DNA of 64,000 nucleotides from Psilocybe cubensis (Eukaryota): NCBI GenBank assembly GCA_017499595.2, contig CM038999.1, positions 868,001 to 932,000 of the forward strand, read 5' to 3'. Shown piece by piece: positions 12,782 to 24,191 of this stretch (position 1 is its first letter; each line of letters starts with the position of its first letter). The notes under the pieces were generated by a model. It saw only the letters and a program-made list of their open reading frames with translations, ran no database searches and was not told where the DNA came from. The position numbers and the translations under genes were made by a program.

Positions 12782-14424
12782 TCATGAAGGAGTATATTCA
12801 GGGGGAAGTAACACAACTTCATCATGATTGCCATGGGACGAGGACAATCTAATCCCGCTATCTTCGTCTCTGAGCACAATTCTGGAATTTTGAGATGCCA
12901 AAGTGTGATTCCCCGCCAAATTCGAGACGATGACTGGCATGCTGTTTCGAGGCGTAAGGGACTCCCTTTGAGACGGCGGTGCGCGTGCTTGGGCAGGCTG
13001 TGAGTTGGACTCGATAAGACTCTCTGCCCCAGAGTTTTGTATGCGCCTGAGGTTTGACTTTTCATTTTGCTGTGATGTGGCCGCCACGGTCGTTGACGGT
13101 GCAGAACTTTCAGGCAGTGGAGATGATGGTGCGAGCCGTCCACTCTTTGAGCCAAAAACCTCCTCATCCTGGATAGCTACGTACGGCTCGATTTTGGGTG
13201 TTTCGTTGTGCAGAGACTCGTCTATGCTGTAAGAGTCATTACCCTGCACAGCCAAGTACCTCCGCCTCCGCCGGAGAAAGAACAGCATGAAAATCAGAGC
13301 GATAATTGTAAGTCCACCAACAATGCCGCCGACAATAGGGCCGACGGGTGACTTCGAGTTTGGCGGAGCTATTGTCTGGTCGTCTGTGGGGTCTGAAGTG
13401 ACAGGGTTGCTGGGAATGGCAGCGGCTGCATCAGATGAACCATTATGAATTACAATGTAGTTGAGTGTCAAAGGGTGCGAGTTTTCTTGAGCATCGCCAT
13501 CGTATACCACTTTGAGTGTATGATGCCCGAGAGAGTAAGTGGGAGTTTGGAAAAATATCTCTTGGTGAGCAAGAGGCTCGACATTTTGAGTGCGAGTAGT
13601 TCCACTTATATTGAAGGTGGTTGGCGGCCCATCATCGACAGAGTAAGTCGCAGTTGTAGATTCAAAATCCACAGTCATGTTTTTGAAGCCAAACCAGGTC
13701 AGGGATTTTCCTGCAATAAAATCAGTAAATTCAAGGGGGAAAACAAGGTAGAAATAAGAAGACATACCAATAAAATCCATCGTGAACGTCGAATGTCTGG
13801 CAGTCGTCTTGTTCCCCATTGGTATAATAAAGCCACTATAGTTTTGTTCAGCTGATGTCCACCCGGAACCAAATTGCAGACGTGGATCTGGCGTATAGAC
13901 AGCAACAAGCGCATTATCCAAAGGCGTCTCCGGAGAGGGTCGATATGTAATGTAGTCCAACCAGAATGTCTGGCCAGCACTGTTGGCTTCAAGCGCTACG
14001 TTCACAATAACTGTATGTTCTCCGTCTAGCATTGTTGGTATGTTGCAGAATCTGAGCCTGCTCCCGGCCATCATTGGCGAAAGCACGCCACTAGAGTAAA
14101 GGTTGCTAACCAGTACCCTGCACTCTACACTGAAGACAGCGCTGGACGACGAATTATTTCCCTCTTGTGTCGTAAAAAAGTCGACAGATGTTCCTACATT
14201 GCACTATAAACGGGCACTAAAAGCGACATAAAAACATCACACTTACCACTGAACGTAAAAGAAAACGAAGCATTTGATTTAGTTCCATGCAATGTTCCCC
14301 CAAACGGCTTTCCAAAAGAGCCGATGTAGTCGAATTGAGAAGACTTGGATGCAAACCATGGCCCTGTATACTTTATGGAATCTGTGTCCGTGTCGTCTAC
14401 AATGACCAACTGGTACTCTGACAT
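12782..14424 (-). CDS. Single-pass membrane protein with tandem extracellular beta-sandwich domains (Agaricomycete 'IVDDTD' family)
   Basis: MSEYQLVIVDDTDTDSIKYTGPW...SFSFTFSG, GEHTVIV...FWLDYITY and GHHTLKVVY...LTLNYIVI. A Pro/Ser linker leads to TM helix GPIVGGIVGGLTIIALIFMLFFL-RRRRR and a cytosolic tail DEDSGIRL...LPPEYT. Confidence 0.8.
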
Positions 14425-14939
14425 TGATCCGTCACCGTAGAAGCAGAAGAGAAAAGAGGATGTCTTCTGTGACAGGGCTTCCAATTACGAGTCATGTATC
14501 GTAGCTGAAGAGAAGCAATCAGCTGCAACGATACCATCACAATTTCCCATTTCAAACAGGGGCTTTGCATCAGCGCCAAGCTTTAGAACGCTAACACATC
14601 TTCCAAACTCAGTGCACATAGAGAACAGCTTATGGGAAACAGCGCCATCTTTTTTATAAAGTACCACGAAGAAAGTGGTGCCCGCAGTTTTATAGACGAG
14701 AGAAGGTCGTGGATGTTCTTGAACGCATCGACGCTGTCAAGGTCAAGTTAATACCCTGTGGAAGGGGCGGCGTACGAATCTGCGATGGGAATAAAAACTG
14801 CTTATTTTATCATTGGTATTCAAGCAAAGTACATATTTGTTTATAATTGATTATCTCCCAATATTCCGTTTGGAAGCGACGACCGATAGAAAGTGCTGGC
14901 CATGCTCCATTATCCATCAGGCTCCATGTCTCGTTTTAT

Positions 14940-15135
14940 TTCAATTTATTGGCGGCGATTTTTTCTTTGGTCCTTTGGTCGTCTTTTTTGTTTTTTTGGT
15001 GTTGTTTGGTTTTCGACTTTTTTTTTTTTTTTTGATTTTTTTGACTCTTTTCTTCCCGGTTTGTGTTGTTTGTGTTTTTTGTTTGTTTGTTTTTTTGTTT
15101 GTTTTTTTGTTTTGTTTTTTGTTTTTTTGTCCTTG
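14940..15135. repeat. Low-complexity T/TG-rich tract (A/AC-rich on the minus strand)
   Basis: ~200 bp made of T runs and TTTG/TTTTTG units. The overlapping Phe- and Lys-rich ORFs are artefacts of this tract. Confidence 0.9.
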
Positions 15136-16140
15136 GTGTTTTCTCGGGTCTTCGGACGACGGTCACATAGAGGAGTTTTACACACAGCAACGCCACTTGG
15201 TGGACGATGCAAGTATGCACTTGATCATATGAGACTTTATCAGTGTCGTCACGGGGCACCTACTTCCGTGAGTAAGAAGGAGGGGGAATGGACATCTGGC
15301 GATTATCTATGAAGGTGCATTACAAGCAGGAGGATCGGCGTACCCCGCTCCCCAATGGCCGCACAGAGGCGGAGAAAGGGAAGGGGGAGGCCATTTATCT
15401 ATGGACTTGCAAGCGATCCCAGGAAGATCGGCGTGACCAACCCAGCTCCAACGCCTCCGGACGGGCGCCCACCGAGGTTTGAGAATTGTAACTACAAAAG
15501 AAAAGATAACACTACTGAAAGGACATTAGCGACCCACGATACGTATACAAAAATGGAAAATACCAATAATGACCAAGATCGATGGTGGAATTGGAGGGCT
15601 TTGTCGAATGATCTGATGTACACACGGGCGATAGCGCGCTCGTGCTCATGAGTGGGTTGAATACTGGTGATACTATGGATCACATATGATCAGCATATAT
15701 ACCAGTATTCATGTGCCAAAACATACCTCGACGAAAGTATAGAAAAGCGGTCAAGATCATTCTTCATGCCAATACACGAAGATATAGGTAGCGGCATAGA
15801 CAGACGAGCCGACAATTCGACGCGTCGAAGGATCGATGAACGTGGATAGTAGATGTCCCATCAAAGAGAGACACGACTAAGCGCAAGTCATTAATTGATA
15901 CAGTGGTAAAGATGAAGAGAGGGGCGCGTACATCGATGGAACTATCCGACGAGATCGACCACTCCCATTGTATAGCGGGAGGCAGCTGATGAAGGGCGTG
16001 GCAGCAGAGACGAGGCCATCGACAGAGGAGATACCCCAACGTTTCGACCAAGAGGAGGTCGCCGTCAAATGGGGGGACGAGCGAGATGGTGGTGGTTTGG
16101 AGAAGAAAGGAGTCGCGCGAGGGGACAGGTTTATATAGCC
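14940..16140 (-). ncRNA. Putative spliced long non-coding (or micro-ORF) transcript
   Basis: Minus-strand TATATAAA at ~16130-16137. Three canonical short introns at 15877-15931, 15673-15726 and 15515-15563, each with a branch point. No ATG-initiated spliced ORF longer than ~50 aa was found by eye. Confidence 0.4.
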
Positions 16141-17008
16141 CTTCACTGGAATATGGTCTTGTTTGTACGCAGTTTACGGCCCAATTTCATGACATGCCCA
16201 TCGCGTCCAATCGGCGACCTAGTCTGCGATGGAGTCCGCAGTGCGTGAGTGCTCTTTTCCTTGATTAAGGAGAAAGTGAGGCTCAAAGCTCGTTGAAATT
16301 TTTTTCCGTCTTATCGTTTCCAATCCGAGACAACAGACACCAGAAAACGAGGACGGAGGTATTTGAGCTCGTCCAGTCATGTCATCAGAAGCTTCGCGGA
16401 CATTCAAAAGGCTTCCAGCAGGCTGGTAAGAGTGTGTGCACGAATATCACCAGACAGGATTGACGTCAATGGACCTGATTCAATCAGAGTCGAGCCTCTA
16501 AAATCGATAAGAATCCCACAGATCTGGGAGAGAAAATCCCAATTGAGCGAATGTGGGCGCCCAGAACCATCACGAATTTGCCCGCGGTGTTGAAAAAACA
16601 ACAAGGTAGCGATGTTTTCTGGTTGAAAGATGTTGATCAGAATGGATCCTTACGGAGGACAGACCTGGTTTGAAGGAATAGTTGTGGACTCATGTTTGAG
16701 GTGAAGCACACGCGTGACGCGAAGGCACAGGTAATGATCGGAAAGATCCGATGCTGACTCAGCATTTGTCAACGCCTAGTTGCAGCCCTTCCCGGCCTTG
16801 GATCATTTGTCGACGTCGACGCTCATGTTTAAATGATGTGAGCACAGCCATTTCTCTCTATACATCTTGTCCTTACGACTCTTTCTACCTCGTACAAAGG
16901 TATACCAAAATTTCCCCCACAGGTCGTAATTTTGTGTTGTCGATATCGGCCCTGCAAAATTCAAGATATTTGGATTGATTTACAACATCCGACAGTCAAA
17001 ATTGAGTG

Positions 17009-19409
17009 ATGCTTAATGGGACGAGAGTAAGGTCACCAACAAACATCCCTGTATCGAGCTGATCCTCTGTAGCGATACATTCGGAACAAGTTTGAAACTT
17101 TTAGCCAAATTGTCTATCGCGTAAAACAGCACACGAAGCGCAGCGCAAAACGCTCGAAGACGACGCTTTCCAGGACGTCTAAACGAATTCGGAACTCTAC
17201 TCAACTTCGAATTCGCGCTTCAAAAGCTGTACTGATATCATCTTTCCTTGGATTATCGAAAACACGAATACCTGACCCTCCTTGTCCTCATCTTCTTCGT
17301 TCAAATGAAGCGCCGACAGACGAAGAAGCGAAACTTATTCTAGATGCAATCAAACGAGCTAAAGAGGAAGTACTACAGCTGAATTCTCTTCTCTTGCGAA
17401 AACAGATCGTCGGCCCCCTTGAAAGAGGGAACGGACATGGTTGGGAACATGTTATAATGCACGAGACTGAGGAGGTCAACCACTTTATTCAGCAACACCA
17501 AGGACTCTTATCGCTTTTCCGTCAACTTCCTGTCGAGATTCTGCAAGAGATATTCCTCATTCGGGTCGCAGACGGTACAGATCGCAATTTGTTTGTTCAT
17601 TTTGGCAAGCATCCGGCTCTGCCCATCTCCCAAACTTGCCGCTCCTGGCGTAATGTTGCTTTGCATTTGCCGTCTTTGTGGAGTTGTCTTCCACCTATCC
17701 GCATCCAGCAATCACGCTCCGGGATGGAAACACAACTCAAGGTTCTCACCGAGCTTTTAAAACGTTCAATCCGATCGTCACTGGATCTGTGCTTGGATAC
17801 AACTGAATTCTTTCCAAAACCGGGATCCATACAATATAGTCAACCTATTCTCGACTTACTATGCCAACATGCTGAGCGATGGGAGACGTTTAACCTTGTG
17901 ACGTCGCATTGCACATTCTCTGGTATGCGGTCAATCAAAGGACGACTCCACGCTCTCAAAGTCCTAACGCTCTCTGTACCATTTTTATCATCGACCTCTG
18001 TATCTCAAATAGAAAACATCGATTTATTTGAAGATGCACCTTTGCTAACATCTGTCGAAATTATGGCTCCCTTCTCGAGGGCAGTTTTGCTTCCGTTCTT
18101 ACAGCTTAAACATTACAAAGAATCCTTCACATTAGAAGAACGTCAAGTCGAAAAGGCCATGTCATCTCCGGTACTAAAAACTCTAACCATAAGAGCACAA
18201 ACTGGTGGATTTGTGTTTCCAAAATTCACACTCTCGAACCTTGTGCGGCTCTATGTCGAGTTCTGGTATGGCCCGCACCTCAACGACGAAGTTGAGCAAT
18301 GCCTGGGAAATCTCACTCTCCCCGCTATCCAGGACATTCGTCTCCTCTCTCGCAACGATAATATGGCACCCTCAATGCTACGCTTGCTCCAGAATTCTTC
18401 GCCCTGTGCTGCACTTAAAACTCTGGCCCTCAGATTCCGGTACATCAATCCAGGACAATTGACAAAAATGCTTCGGTTAACGCCATCCTTGGTCCATCTG
18501 AGTTGTACCATCCCGGTCGCATCTACCATCGACATCGACAATATCGCTGATTTCACTGTGATCGACCCTCCTTACGACCCGCTCGTACCGAAACTGGAGA
18601 CGTGTGAGTTCTTCTTACCCGATGAGCCCAATGCATATGCGTATATGCCGTATGCATTGAACAAGCTCGCCGCAATCAGATGCGAGCCATTGATTGTTAT
18701 TCCGGCTGTGAATAACCAACCGTTCCACCCGCTCCTCCCAGAACCCTTTGTCCGCCTGAAAAACCTTACCCTGGCTTTTCCGAAGTATGACGTCTCTCAC
18801 TTGCAGCAGCAGTTCAATTGTTTAGAAGGCTGGAGCGGATATCAGAGTACGACATCTTCGAAACTCAATTCCCTGACTGCGCAGCTTGTGGAAAGGCTGC
18901 CGGAATTGTTAATCTATCACGAACCAGGAGGCATCAGGAGTTGGGGCGAGCATGACAAGGTTGCCAAACTTCTCGCTAAGATTGACGCTGTCAATGTTAC
19001 CAAGGCTATAGATATTTACGTGCGTAATCACTATTTCTTTGTCACCTTGAACAAAAAAATTGTTGCTGAGGGCGATGTTTTAGACCTCAGGAATCACTTT
19101 CCTCCTTGGAAAAATTACGATATGCCAATGCCCTGGTAGAAAGAACGGCGCGCTGGCGAGCAGGATCCTCGAGAAATGGAAACCAATAACTGAAGACCCT
19201 GATAAGCTTCGTCCCCGCCGTTGGACGCTCCAGGGAGACAGAACTTTGATGTATATACCGATTGACAGTGGTACGGCCATCGTTCGTGCTATGATTATTT
19301 GATGGCTGATTGAGTTACTTGTGTTTGGGTTGTAGTTATACGCACTGCTTCTCCTGGGGATATAATTCTGGGTGTCGCTGATAAACGGCCTGTCTTGTTT
19401 GGTTTCTGA
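17009..19409 (+). CDS. Agaricomycete F-box-like / LRR-like protein (paralog B)
   Basis: 6-codon first exon (MLNGTR). The large exon has PCPHLLRSNEAPTDEEA...LFRQLPVEILQEIF...ISQTCRSWRNVALHLPSLW. Two short 3' exons end ...LFGF-TGA. Exon layout matches paralog A. Confidence 0.82.
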
Positions 19410-20287
19410 AAGGGTTGGAGTTGGAACTCTCAACGGACAAGAGCCAGATATGATAGCAGCAGTTTTTATCGGACTACACACCAGTAACCCTGTTTATTTT
19501 TCTGCCCTTTAATTTATTACCAGTAAAATTGCGAGGTAGCGGTTCCAAACAAAATGGAAAATAGGTTCTGGAAAGTGGATTGGAGGTCTTTGGAGGCATA
19601 GGAAAACATTGAGACATTACAATCGGAAACATGAATACTGATTGCGCCAAGAAACGGGAGTTGCTGAGAATTCTTGTCCACGTGATACAGTCGCGCGACG
19701 CGTCGCGCTCTTTTCTCTTAGTCTCAGGTCTACTGTTCTCTTCGGACGCGTCACTCCTCAGTCGCATGGCCCAGATCATGAGTGTTTGGGATTTCTGACG
19801 GTAGATACAGTAATAATCATGTATATCCCATTACCAAGCTGCAAAAAGACGTCAAGCCAAACTAGCTTATATGACTGTAGTAAGCATGATGTGGAAGGTG
19901 CATTCAACGGATCCTGCATGCGGCACATCTGTAAATCAAAGGCCTTGGAGGTTATTTATACTGGTTTGGTATAAGATAAGTCACTATATCTACAGCTCTC
20001 CTCCATCTTTTCCTTAAAACTCATGCCATCAAACGAGAAAATTTGTGCCGGCAATTCCTTTAGAGTAAGTTTTATGTTCAAGCAAGATACTTTGAGGGCA
20101 ACTGATTCATTTGAACATTCTATCAAAACTTGGAAATAATGCATAGGTAAACTCTTGGAAAGCTTTTGAATCAAGAACAAAGCAGCTTGACCTTACTGCA
20201 CACGTTGAAACCGTAAGAATGTTTCAACTGCGCGTCCTCTTATAGTGACTGCGCACCACATTACTTCCCGTCCCCTGACACTCCACA

Positions 20288-21734
20288 ATGATCTCTACAA
20301 ACACTCTCGGTTCCCTCCTCCTCGCGTTCGCGTTTATCGGTACACACGCCCATACCATTTATACTATTGAAAATAACTGCCCGGCCCCTATCAAGATATT
20401 CATCAATGGTAAATCTCAGGGGTTCATCGAGACAAAGAAGTCCATGATAAAATCGTATACCGAGAAGTGGAGCGGATTTATCTACAGTTCGTCCAACGGA
20501 GGAACGGCGGCAGGTTCGGGTTCAACTAAGGCTGCATTCATTGGAGAGGTGAGTGTTTTCTTTCAACTTAGCTGTGTCTTGGTCTTACCCCTTCAATTAA
20601 AGTCTGGCATCTACTATATCCTCAAGGACAGGGACAGTTTCAACACTGGTATTGGTATCACCGCAAAGGTTGAGGGTGTAAGTAACAGTTCAACCTACTC
20701 ATTAATGCAGCGATATGTATTATTTCTGCGTCTTTCAGAGTGACAAAATCTGCTCCAAGACGGTCTGCGACAGTCCGAGATGTCGTTCCGCATTCAACGT
20801 GGCTCCAGGTAGACTGACAGCTCTGGAGTACAGCTCCAAGGAAAGTCAACTGTGCTCGGCCGTTGGGGTCACTCCAGCCCGCATTACTGCTAAGGTCGCC
20901 GCGGTAACCAGCAGTCTTACTGTGCCACTTAAGGACAATACAACCCCCGCCAACATCATCGACGCTATCTTAGACAAGCTTTCAGGGTTCCTCACCTCTG
21001 CTAAAATTGCGATTGCTGATGGTGTCAGTGCTGGAGCGTCAGGGGAGCATAGCAGCTACACAGTGACGTGAGTACAAGTCAAGTTAGTGTATAAAAGAAG
21101 TGGTTTTAATTGTATATGTTCCGACTAGGTTCTGTCCATCAGGAAGCTTCCCTGCTCCAAAAGGATCAGTTGAGATTCATCCTAATGGCAATGAAAATAA
21201 GTGTCTCGATGTCCGAGGAGCCGTCTTCAAGAACGGAACACCAGTCCAGATGTACGTAATTTATGAAAACATCCTCGATGCTTTGTTAATAGTTTACATT
21301 TTGTGCAGCTATGATTGCAACAAAACAAATGCTCAGCGCTGGATCATCAATCCTGACCAAAGCTCCCAAATCAAAGTCGCTGGCACATCATTTTGTCTGG
21401 ATTCTGGAAACGGTGCTTCGACTTTGGCTCAGTTACACACTATTTAATCTAACCGCGTCCATTCAGTTCATGACAGCAGAATATCTTTGAAGATCTGGAA
21501 ATGCCGCAAGAACAACGCTAATCAGCAGTGGGTATACAGCCAAAACAACACCATTGCGCTCGCAGGGACCGGTACGTGTTTGACGTTTCGTAATGCATAT
21601 GGGCGCTAAGTGTACTATGTCATCAAGACTTCGCTGTCGATCTGACAGACGGGAACACCGACAACCGTAACAAGGTCCAGCTTTATAAAGCATATCATGG
21701 CTTAAACCAGGTTTGGACCACTTCGCAGTTTTGA
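20288..21734 (+). CDS. Secreted protein: signal peptide + small thaumatin/osmotin-like domain + ricin-B (CBM13) lectin domain
   Basis: Hydrophobic signal peptide. Thaumatin-like motifs YTIENNCP...FNTGIGI...C..CDSPRC...YTVTFCP. Ricin-B motifs IHPNGNENKCLDVRGAVFKNGTPVQ, DCNKTNAQRW, IWKC....NQQW and NQVW (QxW repeats). Confidence 0.85.
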
Positions 21735-21915
21735 TTAGAATCTGAGAGTAGATTTGAGTTGGAGTGCTTTGATTAGTCGTTAGATTGCAATATTTTTATG
21801 AATTTTTAACTTATGGCTTTACGAAAGGGATGTAGAATACAGTTACGAGGAATGGAAATGTAATGTGGATGCAAAGGATAGAGAATGCCGAGTAATATTT
21901 CTGGAAAGCTTGCTG

Positions 21916-24191
21916 TCATAGAGAGCTGATACCCTGCAGAACCATTGATTTGGCTGTCTCTGAACGCGGGTTAATAGCGCAATCAAAATTGAGCGTCTCC
22001 CTGAGTAGATACATCAAAGTCAGCTTAGACCCCGCACAATGGGTCTGATTTTACGTACCTAACAATGGAGGAGTTGAATTTTATCTCTGGTGTGATTTCG
22101 TTTCCGTCTTTATCTTTTGCCTTCGTGATATTGAAGGTCGACAGAATGCGTGCCATTGAAATGAAAATCATGGTTTCCGCATAGTGAACACCAGCGCAAA
22201 CTCTGTAGAAATTACTTCAGAGCTTGTTCGACACACTATTTAGGGAATACATACCGTCTACCATATCCAAAAGCAAATGCATTCGGCTCTAAAGGTAGGT
22301 TATTTGGATCGTGAGGAATAGATTTATCGAAGTAAGGAAGGTATCGGTCGGGATTAAACCTCTCTGGGTCCTCAAACAGGCTTGGATCCCGAGTAACAGC
22401 CCTGATAAGCTACATCAGATAGGTCTCCTTGCAAAGGGTTGGAAATACTGACCATGTGTTAGCAAGAACTACAGTTCCTTCAGGTATTATACAACCTGAA
22501 GCCAGACACATGAATTCCGTACGTAGGTTAAACAATTGTAAATTATTACTTACCATTGTATATATCGTCTTTCATAAGTCGATGAGGTAACGCTAGAGAG
22601 GAGATTAACGTAATTTTCAAGAAGGGAGGTTAGTTGGAAGTCTTACCCAGTGGAGAAACTGGCTGCCATCTCATGAGTTCCCACATCATGGCATTCATAT
22701 AGGGCAGTTTGTCTTTGTCGACGATCTCGGGAAGTCGAGTACCACCAGTGACAGAATCAATCTCATCCTGGCAACGTTTTTGGATATCGGGATGAAGAAC
22801 CATGGCTAGGAAAAATGCATGTATCGATGCTACGCTCTATAAAAGGAAGGATTAGTACTTTTTTTGGGGAAAGGGTTTGAAAACCTACTGTATCGGCGCC
22901 AGCTACGAGCGTTGTTGATTCAATAGGAAATCCCACAGTCAATTTTTGCAATGGCTTACCTGCCAGAAGGCTCGCCGAGCACCATTTTACAACATCTTCG
23001 TCTTCCTTTCTTTCCAGGCTTAGCGAAGTTAGAGAAGGTTCGTGGACACCGGCATTCTGATAGTGTTGTTAGCACTTAGTCGCCCAGGCCAAATCCAAGG
23101 GTCAAATTTACGCACTATGTCTTTCACTGTCATATCAAATGGAATATTGACCATATTGTCGGCGAGGATGCGCCCCTTACGGGCAAACTCCTTCCAACTG
23201 GCCCCCGGAAACCAGTCAGGAATATAGCGCACTAAAATCAATGTCAATTCATGAGTGTTTGAGCCTAAAACAATTCAACGTACTGGCCGGGAAAAAGTCG
23301 ACTAGGAAATTTCCAGGTTGCGCTGCAAACACGCCAACTTGCATCGCCTTTTCGGCAGTTGTGATTATCTACAAAGTGCTATATGAGAAATGGATTTACT
23401 ATTGAAATGGTTCGGACACACCGGATCGTTGGCCTCCTCGATTTGTATTCCATAAATGTTCCAGAGCAAAGTTCGCCCAGCAGTGCTAGCAGCCCGGGGT
23501 AAAGAGTAGGAAGAGAAGTGAGGAGCAGTTTAATTTCTCAATGCATTATGCTACTCACAAACGGAAGTTTTCCATGTACCGCAGCGGATCGTGCAGCAGC
23601 GTACCGAGGTAACGGGCTACCTCTCTCTCCTGGACAGGATGGAATTTCTTGACCACGTCCTTGCGCATAGACTGCGCACAAATTTTGCGGAACTTGCGCC
23701 ACCTGTCGTTGTACGGCGCCATCATGACGGCTTTGTGCCAGCCCATCCTGAGTGGGTTGGCGGTGCTTTTCAGACCCGGGCGGGATGATATGTCATGTGT
23801 CAATGGTACTCACATTATGTTGGCCATAATCCCGATCGGGCGGTCGGAGTAGATATCAGCGCGTTTGTCGAGGAGATCGATGCATGCCTTGTACGAGTTA
23901 AGGACGACAATGGGGCTTCCAAAAATCTCGAGGTAGATGGCATCCCCTGGATGAAGCAGACAGTGCTGTGAGCGCTGGGATTGATGAGAAGAATGATCAA
24001 GCCCTACCGAATTGCTCCTTCCAGCGCTTATAGGTGACCCATCCCTCAGACTCTGGCATGTCTAGCAGGTTTCCAATGATGGGAAGCCTCTTCGGCCCAG
24101 GAAGGTATGCTGGTTTCCTGATTTTCGCCACCAACATTCGCAAGCTGTAGATGATCGCCAGACTGACGATGATCTTAAGTGTAGAGTCCAT
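21916..24191 (-). CDS. Cytochrome P450 monooxygenase (CYP64/OrdA-like clan of Agaricomycetes)
   Basis: N-terminal TM anchor, LPGPKRLPIIGNLLDMP, YSDRP, YIPDWFPGASWK, I-helix AGADT, K-helix ELMRW, PERF-type PERFNPDRY and heme motif FGYGRRVCAG. The frame appears intact across introns. Confidence 0.95.

Noticed and set aside
14813..15312. Phe/Val-rich (+) and Lys-rich (-) ORFs of 62-139 aa
   Set aside because: They are translations of the T/TG low-complexity tract and show no domain signal.
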